Notes: generated by a model not told the origin, from the sequence alone. Positions 36,928-47,612 are shown, counted from the first letter of the stretch. The stretch: DNA of 64,000 bases from an uncultured Flavipsychrobacter sp. (GCA_964461535.1 CAYWUY010000001.1:16784-80783); one strand, 5' to 3'. A program made the numbers and translations.

Positions 36928-36975
36928 CTATGTTGTACATTTTACTTACTTTGTAGCTAGTTATACAAAAAATGC

Positions 36976-39903
36976 ATGAAACATCTATTTAATAAATTAA
37001 TGCTAGCAGCACTACTAGGAAGTAGCATAGCTGCCCAAGCACAATACGAATGGAAAGACGCAAAATCAGGTAAATATAAATACCAATATGTTACCAATGA
37101 CCCTATGCAGACTAGGTTTTACACACTTAGCAACGGTTTGACTGTAATATTGAGCCCAACCCATAAGGAGCCTCGTATGCATGTGTTTATAGCTACTAAA
37201 GCCGGTAGCAAAACAGACCCTGCAGACCATACAGGACTAGCACACTATCTGGAGCATATGCTATTTAAAGGAACCCCACTTTATGGTTCTCTAGACTGGG
37301 CTAAGGAAAAACCACTGCTAGACATAATAGATGGGCTTTATGAGACCTATAACCATACCACTGACGAAGCCAAGAGAGCCATTATCTATCATAAAATAGA
37401 TTCTGTATCGGGACTAGCATCTAAATATGCTATTGCCAATGAGTATGATAAAATGATGACTGATATGGGCGCTCAAGGTACAAACGCCTTTACATCGTTT
37501 GAGCAAACTGTATACACAGAAGATATACCGGCTAGTGCAGTAGATAAATTTATGAAGGTGCAGGCTGAGCGCTTTAGAGAACCTGTATTTAGAATATTTC
37601 ATACTGAGCTTGAGGCAGTGTATGAAGAGAAAAACAGAACACTAGACAACGATAATAGAAAAGTATCGGAACTACTGCTTGGCGAACTGTTTAAAGAGCA
37701 TAACTATGGTAAACAAACAACCATAGGAACAGTAGAGCATTTGAAAAATCCTTCTTTATTAGAAATTAGAAAGTACTTTGAAACCTACTATGTGCCTAAT
37801 AATATGGGCATTATAGTTTCGGGAGATTTTAATCCTGATGAGCTGATAGTGCTTATAGATGGCTACTTCTCTAAAATGAAGAGCAAAAAAGTGCCTAAAT
37901 ATGAATTTAAACCTGAGGCACCTATTACCGCACCTATAGTAAAAGAGGTATTTGGTCCGGATGCTGAATTTGTATCTATAGGCTACAGAATGCCGGGAAT
38001 ACATGATAAGGATGCATTATTGGCAGATATAACCAGCCAAATACTTACTAATGGTAAGGCTGGGCTTATAGACTTAAACCTAGTAAAAAAACAAAAGCTA
38101 CTTAGAGCCACAGCAGGCACTGACATATTAATAGATCATGGCTATATGCTATTGCAAGGTTCGCCTACATCTGGGCAAAGCTTGGAGAACGTGCGCGAAT
38201 TAATGCTTGGTGAAATAAGCCGTTTGAAATCTGGCCAGTTTGACGATGATTTGTTGACATCTATTATCAATAATCAGAAGAAGGCTATGATGCAGCAAAC
38301 CGAAAAGTATAGCTCTAGGGCATATGCTCTAATGAGTGCATTTACTAGTGAAGAAGATTGGAAAGATGATGTAAGCTATATAGATCGCTTGTCAAAAATA
38401 ACCAAGCAAGACATCATCAACTTTGCTGGCAAGTACTTTGGGGATAATTATGTAGCTATATACAAGCGCAAAGGCGAGGACAAAAGTGTAGTAAAAGTGA
38501 CTAAACCACCAATAACACCGGTAGAAACAAATCCTACAGCACAGTCGCCATTTGTAAAACAAGTAGGTGCTATGCCGGTAAAAGCAATTAACCCCGTATG
38601 GCTTGACTACAATAAAGACATGCAAAAAGGCAATCTAGGCCCGGCAGAAATACTATATGTACCCAATACTGAGAACGGATTGTTCCGTATGGCATATAGA
38701 TTTAAAATGGGCACCTGGAACGACAAACGCTTGAGCATAGCAGCACAGTATTTACAATTTTTAGGCACTGAAAGTAAATCGGCAGAAGCTATATCTAAAG
38801 AATTCTATAAGCTAGCCTGCAACTTTTCAATAAGCACTAGTGCTGAGTATACTACTGTAAACATAGATGGCTTACAAGAAAACTTTGATAAAGCAGTAGC
38901 GCTGTTTGAAGATTTGCTAACACACTGCGTAGCAGATGAACAAGCTTTAGCATCGCTTAAGGCGCGTATCAATAAAGCTCGTAATGATGCTAAAAATAAT
39001 AAAATGCAAATCATGCAGGGCTTAACCAACTATGCAAGATATGGTGCCGACAATCCGTTTAACTACGTGCTAAGTAATGACGAACTGAATAAGCTAACAG
39101 CTAAAGAACTTACCGATATGCTACATGAGCTTAACAACTACAGCCATCGCATATTGTACTACGGCCCAGCTAGCTTATCTAATTTGACATTGGCACTAAA
39201 ATCAGTACACCAACTGCCTGTAGTGTTTAAACCAGCATCTGGAGCTAAGGTATTTACACCTAGCACACAAACTGCCAATAAAGTGTTGTTTGCTAACTAT
39301 GATATGGTGCAGGCAGAAATACGCTGGATAAGAAATATACCTGGATACACAGTAAACAACCAACCTACTATAGAAGTATTTAATAACTACTTTGGAGCAG
39401 GTATGGGAGCTATAGTTTTCCAAACAATTAGAGAGAGCAAGGCACTAGCCTACTCTACCAGTGCCTACTATGTAACACCAGATAAAAAAGAAGACCCTTA
39501 TTATATGACGGCATATGTAGGCTGTCAGGCTGATAAGTTTAATGATGCAGTGAACGCTATGAATGAACTGCTAACAGACTTACCTAGCTTGGATAACAAC
39601 TTTAAATCTGCTAAAACCGCACTGAAAAAAGAAATAGAAACACAGCGCATAACACAAGACCAAATAATATATAACTATTTAGGCGCTGAACGCAAAGGTC
39701 TAAAAGATGATGAGAGAAAACAAGTGTATGAAAAAGCCGACAAACTAACCCTAGGAGACATTAAAGGCTTTTACAACAACAATATATCTCATAAGCCATT
39801 TACATACTGTATAGTAGGCTCTGATAAGAAAATAGCAGCAGCAGACATGAGTAAAATAGGAGAGGTGCAACAACTAAACCTAGATCAAATATTTGGGTAC
39901 TAG
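36976..39903 (+). CDS. M16-family (insulinase/pitrilysin-like) zinc peptidase, double-unit secreted form
   Basis: 975 aa with a signal peptide. It has the inverted zinc motif HYLEHMLFKGT (HxxEH). Its length is consistent with two M16 active/inactive domain pairs. Confidence 0.85.
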   Translation: MKHLFNKLMLAALLGSSIAAQAQYEWKDAKSGKYKYQYVTNDPMQTRFYTLSNGLTVILSPTHKEPRMHVFIATKAGSKTDPADHTGLAHYLEHMLFKGTPLYGSLDWAKEKPLLDIIDGLYETYNHTTDEAKRAIIYHKIDSVSGLASKYAIANEYDKMMTDMGAQGTNAFTSFEQTVYTEDIPASAVDKFMKVQAERFREPVFRIFHTELEAVYEEKNRTLDNDNRKVSELLLGELFKEHNYGKQTTIGTVEHLKNPSLLEIRKYFETYYVPNNMGIIVSGDFNPDELIVLIDGYFSKMKSKKVPKYEFKPEAPITAPIVKEVFGPDAEFVSIGYRMPGIHDKDALLADITSQILTNGKAGLIDLNLVKKQKLLRATAGTDILIDHGYMLLQGSPTSGQSLENVRELMLGEISRLKSGQFDDDLLTSIINNQKKAMMQQTEKYSSRAYALMSAFTSEEDWKDDVSYIDRLSKITKQDIINFAGKYFGDNYVAIYKRKGEDKSVVKVTKPPITPVETNPTAQSPFVKQVGAMPVKAINPVWLDYNKDMQKGNLGPAEILYVPNTENGLFRMAYRFKMGTWNDKRLSIAAQYLQFLGTESKSAEAISKEFYKLACNFSISTSAEYTTVNIDGLQENFDKAVALFEDLLTHCVADEQALASLKARINKARNDAKNNKMQIMQGLTNYARYGADNPFNYVLSNDELNKLTAKELTDMLHELNNYSHRILYYGPASLSNLTLALKSVHQLPVVFKPASGAKVFTPSTQTANKVLFANYDMVQAEIRWIRNIPGYTVNNQPTIEVFNNYFGAGMGAIVFQTIRESKALAYSTSAYYVTPDKKEDPYYMTAYVGCQADKFNDAVNAMNELLTDLPSLDNNFKSAKTALKKEIETQRITQDQIIYNYLGAERKGLKDDERKQVYEKADKLTLGDIKGFYNNNISHKPFTYCIVGSDKKIAAADMSKIGEVQQLNLDQIFGY

Positions 39904-39926
39904 TATAGACCAATTAACTGATAGCA

Positions 39927-39957
39927 AATGCCAGCCCAAAAGGTTGGCATTTTGTTT
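39927..39957 (+). terminator. Rho-independent terminator
   Basis: Stem AATGCCAGCC/GGTTGGCATT with one G-U pair, followed by TTGTTTG. Confidence 0.6.
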
Positions 39958-40085
39958 GCAATGACATACATGTAAAATAATAAATAATGTAATAATTTTT
40001 ATTCTACATAATTGACTCCATATTTTTCACTGATTCACTTTTAATTAGTAATATTATAAACAGGGAATCTGACAATATTTAATTG

Positions 40086-40883
40086 ATGGAGCAGCAAACA
40101 GGAAATGTGGTAGATGTGCTACAATGTATTATTGTAGACGACGAACAGGAGGCTTGTAATAATTTACTGCGCTGTATAGAACGTTCGGGGCAGCCAATAA
40201 GAGTAGCCGGTATAGCCAATACTACGGCAGAGGCAGAACATCTTATAGAAGATATTAAACCAGACGTAGTATTCTTAGACATAAACATGCCGAGAGAAAA
40301 CGCATTCCAATTTCTTGAGCGCATAAACCATCATAATTTTGAAATAGTGTTTGTTACCGCCTATGATGAATTTGCCATAAAAGCACTAAGACTGAACGCG
40401 GTAGACTATATATTAAAACCAATAGACCAAGCTGAAATAAACAATACACTAAAACGGCTGTATACTATTTTAAAAAATAAGCGCGAGTATAATAGCATCA
40501 AATACCTTAGCGAAACTATACAGAATAGCACTAACAAAATAACGCCACAAAAAATAACATTTAAAGACACCAACGGTAGCGAAGTAGTACACTTTGATGA
40601 ACTTATTTATATAGAAGCAAAAGGCAGCTATTCTACAGTTATAATTAAGAATGGGGGAAACGATAAAACTATTGTTGTAAGCCACCCTATAGCAGAATAT
40701 GAAGAGTTGCTTCCTCAAGATTTATTCTTCAGAGTACATAAATCGTATTTAGTAAACGGCATGTACATAAATAAGATACTGAAAGACGAAAATTCTATAA
40801 TAGTAGCTAATAGATATACTATACCCGTTAGTAGACGCAGATATGCCGATATGATATTATTCTTGAAGAAAATAAGTAAGTAG
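40086..40883 (+). CDS. LytTR-family response regulator
   Basis: Receiver domain (IIVDDEQEA...DVVFLDINMP...VFVTAYDEFAIKALRLNAVDYILKP) plus a C-terminal LytTR DNA-binding domain (IYIEAKGSYSTVII...FFRVHKSYLVN). Confidence 0.88.
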   Translation: MEQQTGNVVDVLQCIIVDDEQEACNNLLRCIERSGQPIRVAGIANTTAEAEHLIEDIKPDVVFLDINMPRENAFQFLERINHHNFEIVFVTAYDEFAIKALRLNAVDYILKPIDQAEINNTLKRLYTILKNKREYNSIKYLSETIQNSTNKITPQKITFKDTNGSEVVHFDELIYIEAKGSYSTVIIKNGGNDKTIVVSHPIAEYEELLPQDLFFRVHKSYLVNGMYINKILKDENSIIVANRYTIPVSRRRYADMILFLKKISK

Positions 40884-40885
40884 TA

Positions 40886-43798
40886 TTGTCTACTATACGC
40901 TACATATGGTTAATAATAGTGCTCCTATGCTTGCATAGCACAGGTACAGCACAGGAAATACCTATGCTGCACTACACTAACGATGAGGGCCTTCCAAGCA
41001 ATACCATCTATTCAATATATAAAGACACTAAAGGGTTTCTATGGTTTGCTAGCAACTCAGGTATAGCTAGATATAATGGAATAAAATTTGAGAAGTTTAC
41101 TATTGATGATGGGTTAGCAGACAATGAAGTATTTGCATTTGCAGAAGACAAATACCACAGACTTTGGATGACCTCTTACAACGGGAAATTATGCTATTAC
41201 AAAGATGGTACATTCCACAATGAAACTAACGACCCGCTACTAAACGTACCGCATAAAGAGCCCTTTATATTAATGATTAGTTGTGAGGAGGATTCTAGTG
41301 TTATCTTCTTCTTCAACGACCGTAGGAAAATACTGTTGCTTGAAAACAACCAATGGCACACCATAAAGCTATCGTATACTGACAACATAACACACCCTAC
41401 TGACTTGGTAGAAGCTCACAAGCATACTAGAAATACCTTAGCTCTTTACTATAAAACCAAAAAGGTAATAATAGATTATAATGGAAATGAGATTACAGAA
41501 GAACCATACCCCGATAATCTATGCTTTAATAAATCACCTGACAGAATTTACCATTACTTTTTCACGGATAGTGCACTTTATACTCATGACATAAAGCGTG
41601 TATTTACTTTTAAAGAAAGTTTTACTAACAGGCGATTATACGGTGCATTACGCAATAAAAACAACTTTTTTATATGTACTGACAATGGATTGTACATTAA
41701 TAACAACCTCAATCTACTACCAAGAAATAATGTATCGTCTATAGCACAAGATAATGATGGCAACTACTGGGTAAGCACACTAAAAAATGGAGTGTATTAT
41801 TTTGATAAAAATCTGCAACATCAACAAACTGTAGCTGTACCAAGCAGGAACGAAATACGCTTTTCTAAATACTATAGAGGACAAATATACTTTACCAACA
41901 CTGCCAACGATTTATTTAGCTATAACAAGGGGCAGATACACACCATATACAGCGCTCACACAGATAGCAGCATTAACCAATACTCAGTATCATGGGGAAT
42001 AGACATTAATGAGTATGGCACCTACCACAGCTACTATAAAAACACTGAGGTGCAAATAAAAGATATTGCAAACCCAACACCATTAAATACCAAACTAGAA
42101 TACATCGTTTCACAAGGGATAAAGAGTTTAATAGCTCTAAGTAACAGAGTATATGTACTACTACCTTCTAAATTATTCAGTATAGACTATAATGCAAAAA
42201 CACAGAAACGCACTATAAAAACTGTAGATTCATTTGATGTTGCCGATTGGCCATTTTATATGACATGTGCCAATGATAGTGAAGTATGGTATTCTAAACT
42301 TGGACATGTATATAAAATAAAGAATGACACTGTCATTCTGCAAAAACAGTTTAGGGATATAACCTTTAAATGGTTTAATGTATATGGTAGTTACTTATTA
42401 GGTAGTACCATTGACAACAAGCTATTTATTTGCAACAATCCTGAAAGTAATGCACGTTTTAGTACATACTCAAAGGAACGATGTGTATGGGTAAAATCTT
42501 ATAAGCTAGACGAACAACATGTATTAATTGCAACCAACGGCGAGTATAGAATTATAACACTATATAGATCGCCAGACATACCCAAATACACTATATCTGT
42601 TATAGAAAACCCTATTGTTCCGCTAAATGCAGAGAGTATATGCTCAGATGGTGAAACGGTATACTTCTTCAAAAAAGGAATTATCTATACCTTCCGAATC
42701 AATGACCTGCTAGTAAAATCCTCATCGCCAAAAGTGTATTTTACATACCTACATGCCGGCAATAGCAATACATACATAAACAACAATAAAATACAATTAA
42801 ACTATGAGGCATCGAGAAATATAAGAATACAATTTGCAGTATTATCATCGGGCACAAAGGAGTTGCAGTATGAATACTCTATCAGCTTAAGTGAGGATAA
42901 ATGGCAAACAATAAAGGGGCAAGAAATAGACTTAGCCAATACAGGCCCCGGAACTTATACAGTAAAATTGAGAGCTAAAACTCAAGAGAGTAACTATAGC
43001 GATGTAGCAAGCTTCCAACTAATAATAGAAAACCCCTTTTGGAAAACGTGGTGGTTTATCGTGTTAATCAGTTTAGTAATTGGGTCTGTAGCATCTATAT
43101 CCGTTTACCTATGGATAAGAAGGAAAATAAGAATACGAGATAGAGAACATACAATAAAAATAAGTCTTCTAAAGTCGGAGTTTAAGGCTATGAATGCATT
43201 AATGAATCCGCACTTGATATTTAATGTGCTTAACAATGTACAAAGCCTGATAGACGATGGAAATAAAGAAAAAGCACACGAGTATCTGCAAGTATTTTCC
43301 AAGCTTATGCGCCAAAATCTTAGTAACATTTCTAAGGAGCAAATACCACTACAAAGAGAAATTGAGTTACTGAAAAGCTACCTGAAGATAGAACAGCTTA
43401 GATACGAAAATAAGTTTCAGTATAACATAATAGTTGAGAATGTAGATACTGAAGAAATATTTATACCGCCACTACTCATACAGCCGTTAGCTGAGAATGC
43501 CATTATACATGGTCTGCTTCCCGCCAATAAAGCAGACGCATTGCTAACTGTGCACATATACCTAAAGCAAGAACTACTAACCATTACTGTAACGGATAAC
43601 GGTGTAGGCTTAAACGAATCAAAAAAAGAGCCACAAAATAAGCTGTATGAATCATACGGGCTAGACAATGTAAGAAAAAGAATAGCCCAAATAGCTGAAA
43701 TACAAGGCCTAAGCGTAGACTTTGACATTCGCGAATTAGTGAATGACGAGGGTAAAACACTAGGTACTTGTGTCACCATTTTCATGCAGGTTTCTTAG
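40886..43798 (+). CDS. Sensor histidine kinase: periplasmic two-component-regulator propeller repeats plus Y_Y_Y-like domain, TM helix, LytS/YehU-type kinase core
   Basis: 970 aa with an apparent TTG start 3 nt after the regulator stop. Propeller repeats are present (GLPSNTIYSIYKDTKGFLWFAS, LADNEVFAFAEDKYHRLWMTS, SSIAQDNDGNYWVST). One TM helix follows (WWFIVLISLVIGSV). The kinase core shows ALMNPHLIFNVLNNV, LRYENKF and IPPLLIQPLAENAIIHG. Confidence 0.85.
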   Translation: MSTIRYIWLIIVLLCLHSTGTAQEIPMLHYTNDEGLPSNTIYSIYKDTKGFLWFASNSGIARYNGIKFEKFTIDDGLADNEVFAFAEDKYHRLWMTSYNGKLCYYKDGTFHNETNDPLLNVPHKEPFILMISCEEDSSVIFFFNDRRKILLLENNQWHTIKLSYTDNITHPTDLVEAHKHTRNTLALYYKTKKVIIDYNGNEITEEPYPDNLCFNKSPDRIYHYFFTDSALYTHDIKRVFTFKESFTNRRLYGALRNKNNFFICTDNGLYINNNLNLLPRNNVSSIAQDNDGNYWVSTLKNGVYYFDKNLQHQQTVAVPSRNEIRFSKYYRGQIYFTNTANDLFSYNKGQIHTIYSAHTDSSINQYSVSWGIDINEYGTYHSYYKNTEVQIKDIANPTPLNTKLEYIVSQGIKSLIALSNRVYVLLPSKLFSIDYNAKTQKRTIKTVDSFDVADWPFYMTCANDSEVWYSKLGHVYKIKNDTVILQKQFRDITFKWFNVYGSYLLGSTIDNKLFICNNPESNARFSTYSKERCVWVKSYKLDEQHVLIATNGEYRIITLYRSPDIPKYTISVIENPIVPLNAESICSDGETVYFFKKGIIYTFRINDLLVKSSSPKVYFTYLHAGNSNTYINNNKIQLNYEASRNIRIQFAVLSSGTKELQYEYSISLSEDKWQTIKGQEIDLANTGPGTYTVKLRAKTQESNYSDVASFQLIIENPFWKTWWFIVLISLVIGSVASISVYLWIRRKIRIRDREHTIKISLLKSEFKAMNALMNPHLIFNVLNNVQSLIDDGNKEKAHEYLQVFSKLMRQNLSNISKEQIPLQREIELLKSYLKIEQLRYENKFQYNIIVENVDTEEIFIPPLLIQPLAENAIIHGLLPANKADALLTVHIYLKQELLTITVTDNGVGLNESKKEPQNKLYESYGLDNVRKRIAQIAEIQGLSVDFDIRELVNDEGKTLGTCVTIFMQVS

Positions 43799-43958
43799 CA
43801 CATTTTACCATTCATAAAGAAAATACTACCGTTTATAAAACGGTTTTGGACTAGGCATATGCTATGTTCTAGTTTAGCATTGTTATTAATAACGAAGCCT
43901 CTATAATATACTTATCTCATTAAAACTACATTGCTAAACACCTAAACATCATTTTTTT

Positions 43959-45368
43959 ATGCGAAACTTTAATACACCATTTAACGGAAAAAACCTAAGC
44001 CGCATAGCGAGAGGAGCTATGCTAGCATTGATGACCATGTGTAGTACACAAGTGATGGCACAATGCTTGACTAACAACCTGAACATCAGTACAGGATATG
44101 ACCCTATGACCGGAACCAATGTAACACCAAGCAGCACTCAGCTGGACCCCAAATGGACGTCTACACCATCACCCGATGCTATTGCATCAATAACAGCAAT
44201 GGGGCTAACTGTGGGCTGCTATAATGCACCACCATTAGGAACATGGCCAGCTGCCTATACAGGAACTTGTTACATCATGGGGCAAAATGACTGGGGATTT
44301 AATACTGACGGCAATGCTTCGAGTCATTTTTCTGATACGTTTTCACGTACATTCGATGTATGCGTAGAGGATTCAGTTCGTCTTGTAATTGAGTCTATGA
44401 CTTCTGATGATCATATCACACTTGTAGCTATAGATGGTACACCACTATACACGCATTCACCAGCTTGCTACATATACACTTACCCTAGTGCAACTTATAA
44501 TCTAGGTACGCTAGTAGGTACGCATACTATTTCCATAGTAGTGTCGCAATGTAATAATGGCATTTATAAAAATGCTATAGGGCTTAATATGCTTGGAAGA
44601 GTGGAATCAATATCAGGCAATAATAGCATAAATAGCGAAACATGCCCTGGCTATACTTGTAATTCAGGCGGAGACCCAGGCTGTGATGATAAATGCTACT
44701 GGAGAGTAACCGGTAATAACATATATGGCACCAACAACAAACTGGGCACACTAGATAAAAATGATGTTGTGATTATAACTAACAATACTAATCGCGGTAT
44801 AATTAAATCTTCGGGTGAGTTTGGTATACACCAAATGTCTCCAAGCACCACTTTAGATATAGATTGCGTTCCTCCTGCTACTGCACCTTCTGGCTTACAA
44901 TTTGAGAACCTGCCAACAAACGAAGGACGCATACTGGTAGTAGATAAAGATGGCTACGTATATGCTTCTAAAAAAACTACGGGTATTAATTACGTTGGCA
45001 ACGAAGAAGATGCTAATGTAAAGGCAGAAATAGCAACTTTGAAAAATGAAATTGAAGGTCTAAAACGTATCATTAACCAACTAACTAATGGTAACACTTC
45101 TCATGAAGGTAGTAGCTTCTCTATATCGCCTAACCCTAGCGATGGCGAAATAAATGCTACTTATAACATAGTAGGCAACTATACTAAAGCTACGCTAAGC
45201 ATATGCGATAATCTAGGTAGAGTGATTTTAACTAAACCAATAGAAGGAGCATTAGGTACACTGCATGTTACACTTCCTGGAAACATTAAATCATCCAACT
45301 TAATTGTTTCTTTAATTGTAGATGGTAGCAACCTAAAATCAGAACAATTAACCTACATAGCTAAGTAA
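43959..45368 (+). CDS. Secreted T9SS cargo protein: Cys-rich N-domain, tail-fibre-like motif, coiled coil, C-terminal sorting domain
   Basis: 469 aa with a signal peptide ending VMAQ. The motif WRVTGNNIYGTNNKLGTLDKNDVVIITNNTNRGIIKSSGEFGI resembles one seen in Bacteroidota tail-fibre-domain proteins. A heptad segment follows (VKAEIATLKNEIEGLKRIINQL). The C-terminal domain of about 85 aa begins FSISPNPSDGEINATYNI, as in T9SS type A sorting domains. Confidence 0.6.
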   Translation: MRNFNTPFNGKNLSRIARGAMLALMTMCSTQVMAQCLTNNLNISTGYDPMTGTNVTPSSTQLDPKWTSTPSPDAIASITAMGLTVGCYNAPPLGTWPAAYTGTCYIMGQNDWGFNTDGNASSHFSDTFSRTFDVCVEDSVRLVIESMTSDDHITLVAIDGTPLYTHSPACYIYTYPSATYNLGTLVGTHTISIVVSQCNNGIYKNAIGLNMLGRVESISGNNSINSETCPGYTCNSGGDPGCDDKCYWRVTGNNIYGTNNKLGTLDKNDVVIITNNTNRGIIKSSGEFGIHQMSPSTTLDIDCVPPATAPSGLQFENLPTNEGRILVVDKDGYVYASKKTTGINYVGNEEDANVKAEIATLKNEIEGLKRIINQLTNGNTSHEGSSFSISPNPSDGEINATYNIVGNYTKATLSICDNLGRVILTKPIEGALGTLHVTLPGNIKSSNLIVSLIVDGSNLKSEQLTYIAK

Positions 45369-45383
45369 GTTGATTGTCAACAA

Positions 45384-45424
45384 ATAGATAGAGGCGGGCT
45401 TTAAAACCCGCCTCTATCTATTTT
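45384..45424. terminator. Strong bidirectional terminator between convergent genes
   Basis: Perfect 15-bp stem ATAGATAGAGGCGGG/CCCGCCTCTATCTAT with an 8-nt loop and a T-tract after it. Confidence 0.75.
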
Positions 45425-45436
45425 ATATAAACGTAC

Positions 45437-45991
45437 TTATTTTGCAATATGTGTAGCCTGATACAAATCGTCGAAAGTAGCATTACCTTCAAATAATTTC
45501 ACTACCATTTTATTCTTATCATACACCACTATAGACGGCAAAGAGCGAACGCCATAATAGTCTAAGAAAAAGAATTCATAATCTCTACCCACTACTTTTA
45601 TTTGAGGATAGTTGGCAAAGTTATGTTTGGCTGCAAAATCTTTTAGCATGGTATTACTAGCATTGTGAGTAACCCAATAGAAATTGACATCTGCCATTTT
45701 ATCAATTTGTTTCATAAATTCTTCTGTAAACATTTTACAATGCTTACAGTCTGGGTCGAATAAAATGATGATACTTGGCTTACCTTTTGCAATATGGAAT
45801 GTATTAAAAATGGTAAAGCTATCTGTAAGGCGAATATTGAAAGCCGGCAACTCCGGGTATAGCTTATAAGGCAAGCTATCTCTATTAATTTGGCGACGTG
45901 CTTGAGGCGCACTTTCTGCGGGTGCAGGCTGCTGCGCCCACAAAGATGAAGCAGCTACAACTGCAAATGCCGTTAAAAGAATACGTTTCAT
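45437..45991 (-). CDS. Thioredoxin-fold thiol-disulfide oxidoreductase (TlpA/AhpC-like), secreted
   Basis: The start is probably ATG 45991 (MKRILLTAFAVVAASSLWAQ). It has a CxxC motif (DPDCKHCK) in a thioredoxin-like context. Confidence 0.7.
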   Translation of the reverse strand: MKRILLTAFAVVAASSLWAQQPAPAESAPQARRQINRDSLPYKLYPELPAFNIRLTDSFTIFNTFHIAKGKPSIIILFDPDCKHCKMFTEEFMKQIDKMADVNFYWVTHNASNTMLKDFAAKHNFANYPQIKVVGRDYEFFFLDYYGVRSLPSIVVYDKNKMVVKLFEGNATFDDLYQATHIAK

Positions 45992-46031
45992 ATACAACAA
46001 CTAAGCTAAAACAATAATGGCTATTAATATG

Positions 46032-46703
46032 TTAATTATACCCGTCTTCAGACATATCAGACTGAATAGCCGTTAGGTCATATATTTTTTGAATATCGTG
46101 CAGTCTGTCCTCAAAATTCAGATTCAAATCTTTAAGAATGCCTGTTTTTAAATCGAATACCCATGCATGCACTACCGGATATCCGGTTTTTATATACTGC
46201 TTTTGTATCACTGCCGTTTTAATAACGTTTACAGCCTGTTCTATGGCATTAAGTTCTACCAATCTATTGTACTTTTCGTGGTCATCTTTTATAGCGTCCA
46301 GCTCATCAAAATGAAGTCTGTAAACATCTCTTATACCCCTCAACCACGGATTAAGTATACCCATATCTTTTGCTACCATAGCTGCTTTAACACCACCACA
46401 GTTATAATGACCACAAACTATTACATGCTTCACCTTTAAGTGTCTAACTGCATAATTTATTACAGACATTACATTTAAGTCGGTATTTACCACAAGGTTG
46501 GCTACATTACGATGTACGAATACTTCCCCCGGTTGAAGACCAATAATTTCATTAGCAGGCACCCTACTATCTGAACAGCCGATGTATAAATAATCGGGCT
46601 GTTGGTCTTGAGATAGTTTTTCAAAAAAGTCGGCATCGGTTTGCTTCATTTCTGCTATCCACTTTTTGTTGTTATCAAACAACTTATTGTAGCCCTCGTC
46701 CAT
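46032..46703 (-). CDS. Beta-class carbonic anhydrase
   Basis: 223 aa. Zinc ligand motifs CSDSRVP and HYNCGGV are present, with typical spacing and length. Confidence 0.9.
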   Translation of the reverse strand: MDEGYNKLFDNNKKWIAEMKQTDADFFEKLSQDQQPDYLYIGCSDSRVPANEIIGLQPGEVFVHRNVANLVVNTDLNVMSVINYAVRHLKVKHVIVCGHYNCGGVKAAMVAKDMGILNPWLRGIRDVYRLHFDELDAIKDDHEKYNRLVELNAIEQAVNVIKTAVIQKQYIKTGYPVVHAWVFDLKTGILKDLNLNFEDRLHDIQKIYDLTAIQSDMSEDGYN

Positions 46704-46733
46704 TCTATCTTTTACTTTGACTGTAGTTTGTGG

Positions 46734-47612
46734 TTATTGTTTTAATATTATCTCAACTGGTGTACTTTTTTCGGTAGAAGCATCAATTACATATACTTTA
46801 TTACCCGATGTCACCTTCATACGTGCAGTATTAGGCGGGTCGGTACCTTCGTTTAGAGCCTGCAATTTAAGAACGCTAGCCTTATTATCGGGCATTTTTA
46901 TTTCTAACAGCAGTCTATTGTTGGTAAGTAAGTATTGGTCTAATATTACTTTATCATCTTGCGTAAGCCTCACTATATCACCATCTATCTTACCATTATC
47001 CCAAAGTTCTATGTATATTTTAGGGTTAGGGCAAATAAAAGTCATGCTGCTACCGGGCTGTAACTGTACACTACCCGATGTATCTATTACCTGCTCGGTA
47101 GGCTTTTTTGTTATAGTATCAGGCAGTATATTTTTTTTCTCTGCCATGCGGGTAAGCTTATCTATAAGATCGTTTGCAGCCAAAAGTGTTAGCTCACCGG
47201 TACCACATATAGTTTTACCATCGGCATTGTAACCTTTATATTTACCGGCAAACATGGTTACACTTTTCTTACGCTTCATTTTTAGCGTAGCCGATACATA
47301 GCAAAAGTCTTTTGCCCCATACTTAGATAAAGTGTTGATTAGCTTTGTTTCTTTAAACTGCAATACCCCTTTTTTAAAGTCTAACTTACCTGCTACTTTG
47401 GTGGTTGTTTTATTAGATCCTAAAATATCCATCACAGACTGGCCAGATATTGTTCCTGAGCTATCGTTGAACTCTAAACGATAAGTAGTAACCTCTTTTG
47501 AACCGGTAAACGAGGCTGAACCTATAAACACATACTGATACTGTTGGGCTAATAGTGGGTTAATGCAACTAGCTAAACATATCAGTAAACACAAAGTAAG
47601 TCTGTTAATCAT
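46734..47612 (-). CDS. Secreted protein of unknown function; its 5' third is duplicated at 48546-48869
   Basis: 292 aa with a signal peptide (MINRLTLCLLICLASCINPLLAQ). No family recognised. Confidence 0.6.
   Translation of the reverse strand: MINRLTLCLLICLASCINPLLAQQYQYVFIGSASFTGSKEVTTYRLEFNDSSGTISGQSVMDILGSNKTTTKVAGKLDFKKGVLQFKETKLINTLSKYGAKDFCYVSATLKMKRKKSVTMFAGKYKGYNADGKTICGTGELTLLAANDLIDKLTRMAEKKNILPDTITKKPTEQVIDTSGSVQLQPGSSMTFICPNPKIYIELWDNGKIDGDIVRLTQDDKVILDQYLLTNNRLLLEIKMPDNKASVLKLQALNEGTDPPNTARMKVTSGNKVYVIDASTEKSTPVEIILKQ
47288..47611. repeat. Direct repeat copy A (324 bp, identical to 48546-48869)
   Basis: Base-by-base comparison by eye gives 324/324 identity in the same orientation, offset 1258 bp. 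It covers codons 1-108 of the 292-aa gene. Confidence 0.9.

Noticed and set aside
43959-45368. Tail-fibre-like protein as evidence of a prophage
   Set aside because: It is a single gene with a signal peptide and a T9SS sorting domain. There are no capsid, terminase, portal, integrase or other phage genes on either side.
46717-47232. 171-aa ORF antisense to the 292-aa secreted-protein gene
   Set aside because: It is a shadow ORF with low-complexity hydrophobic and Ser-rich content. The opposite-strand gene has a signal peptide and coherent sequence.
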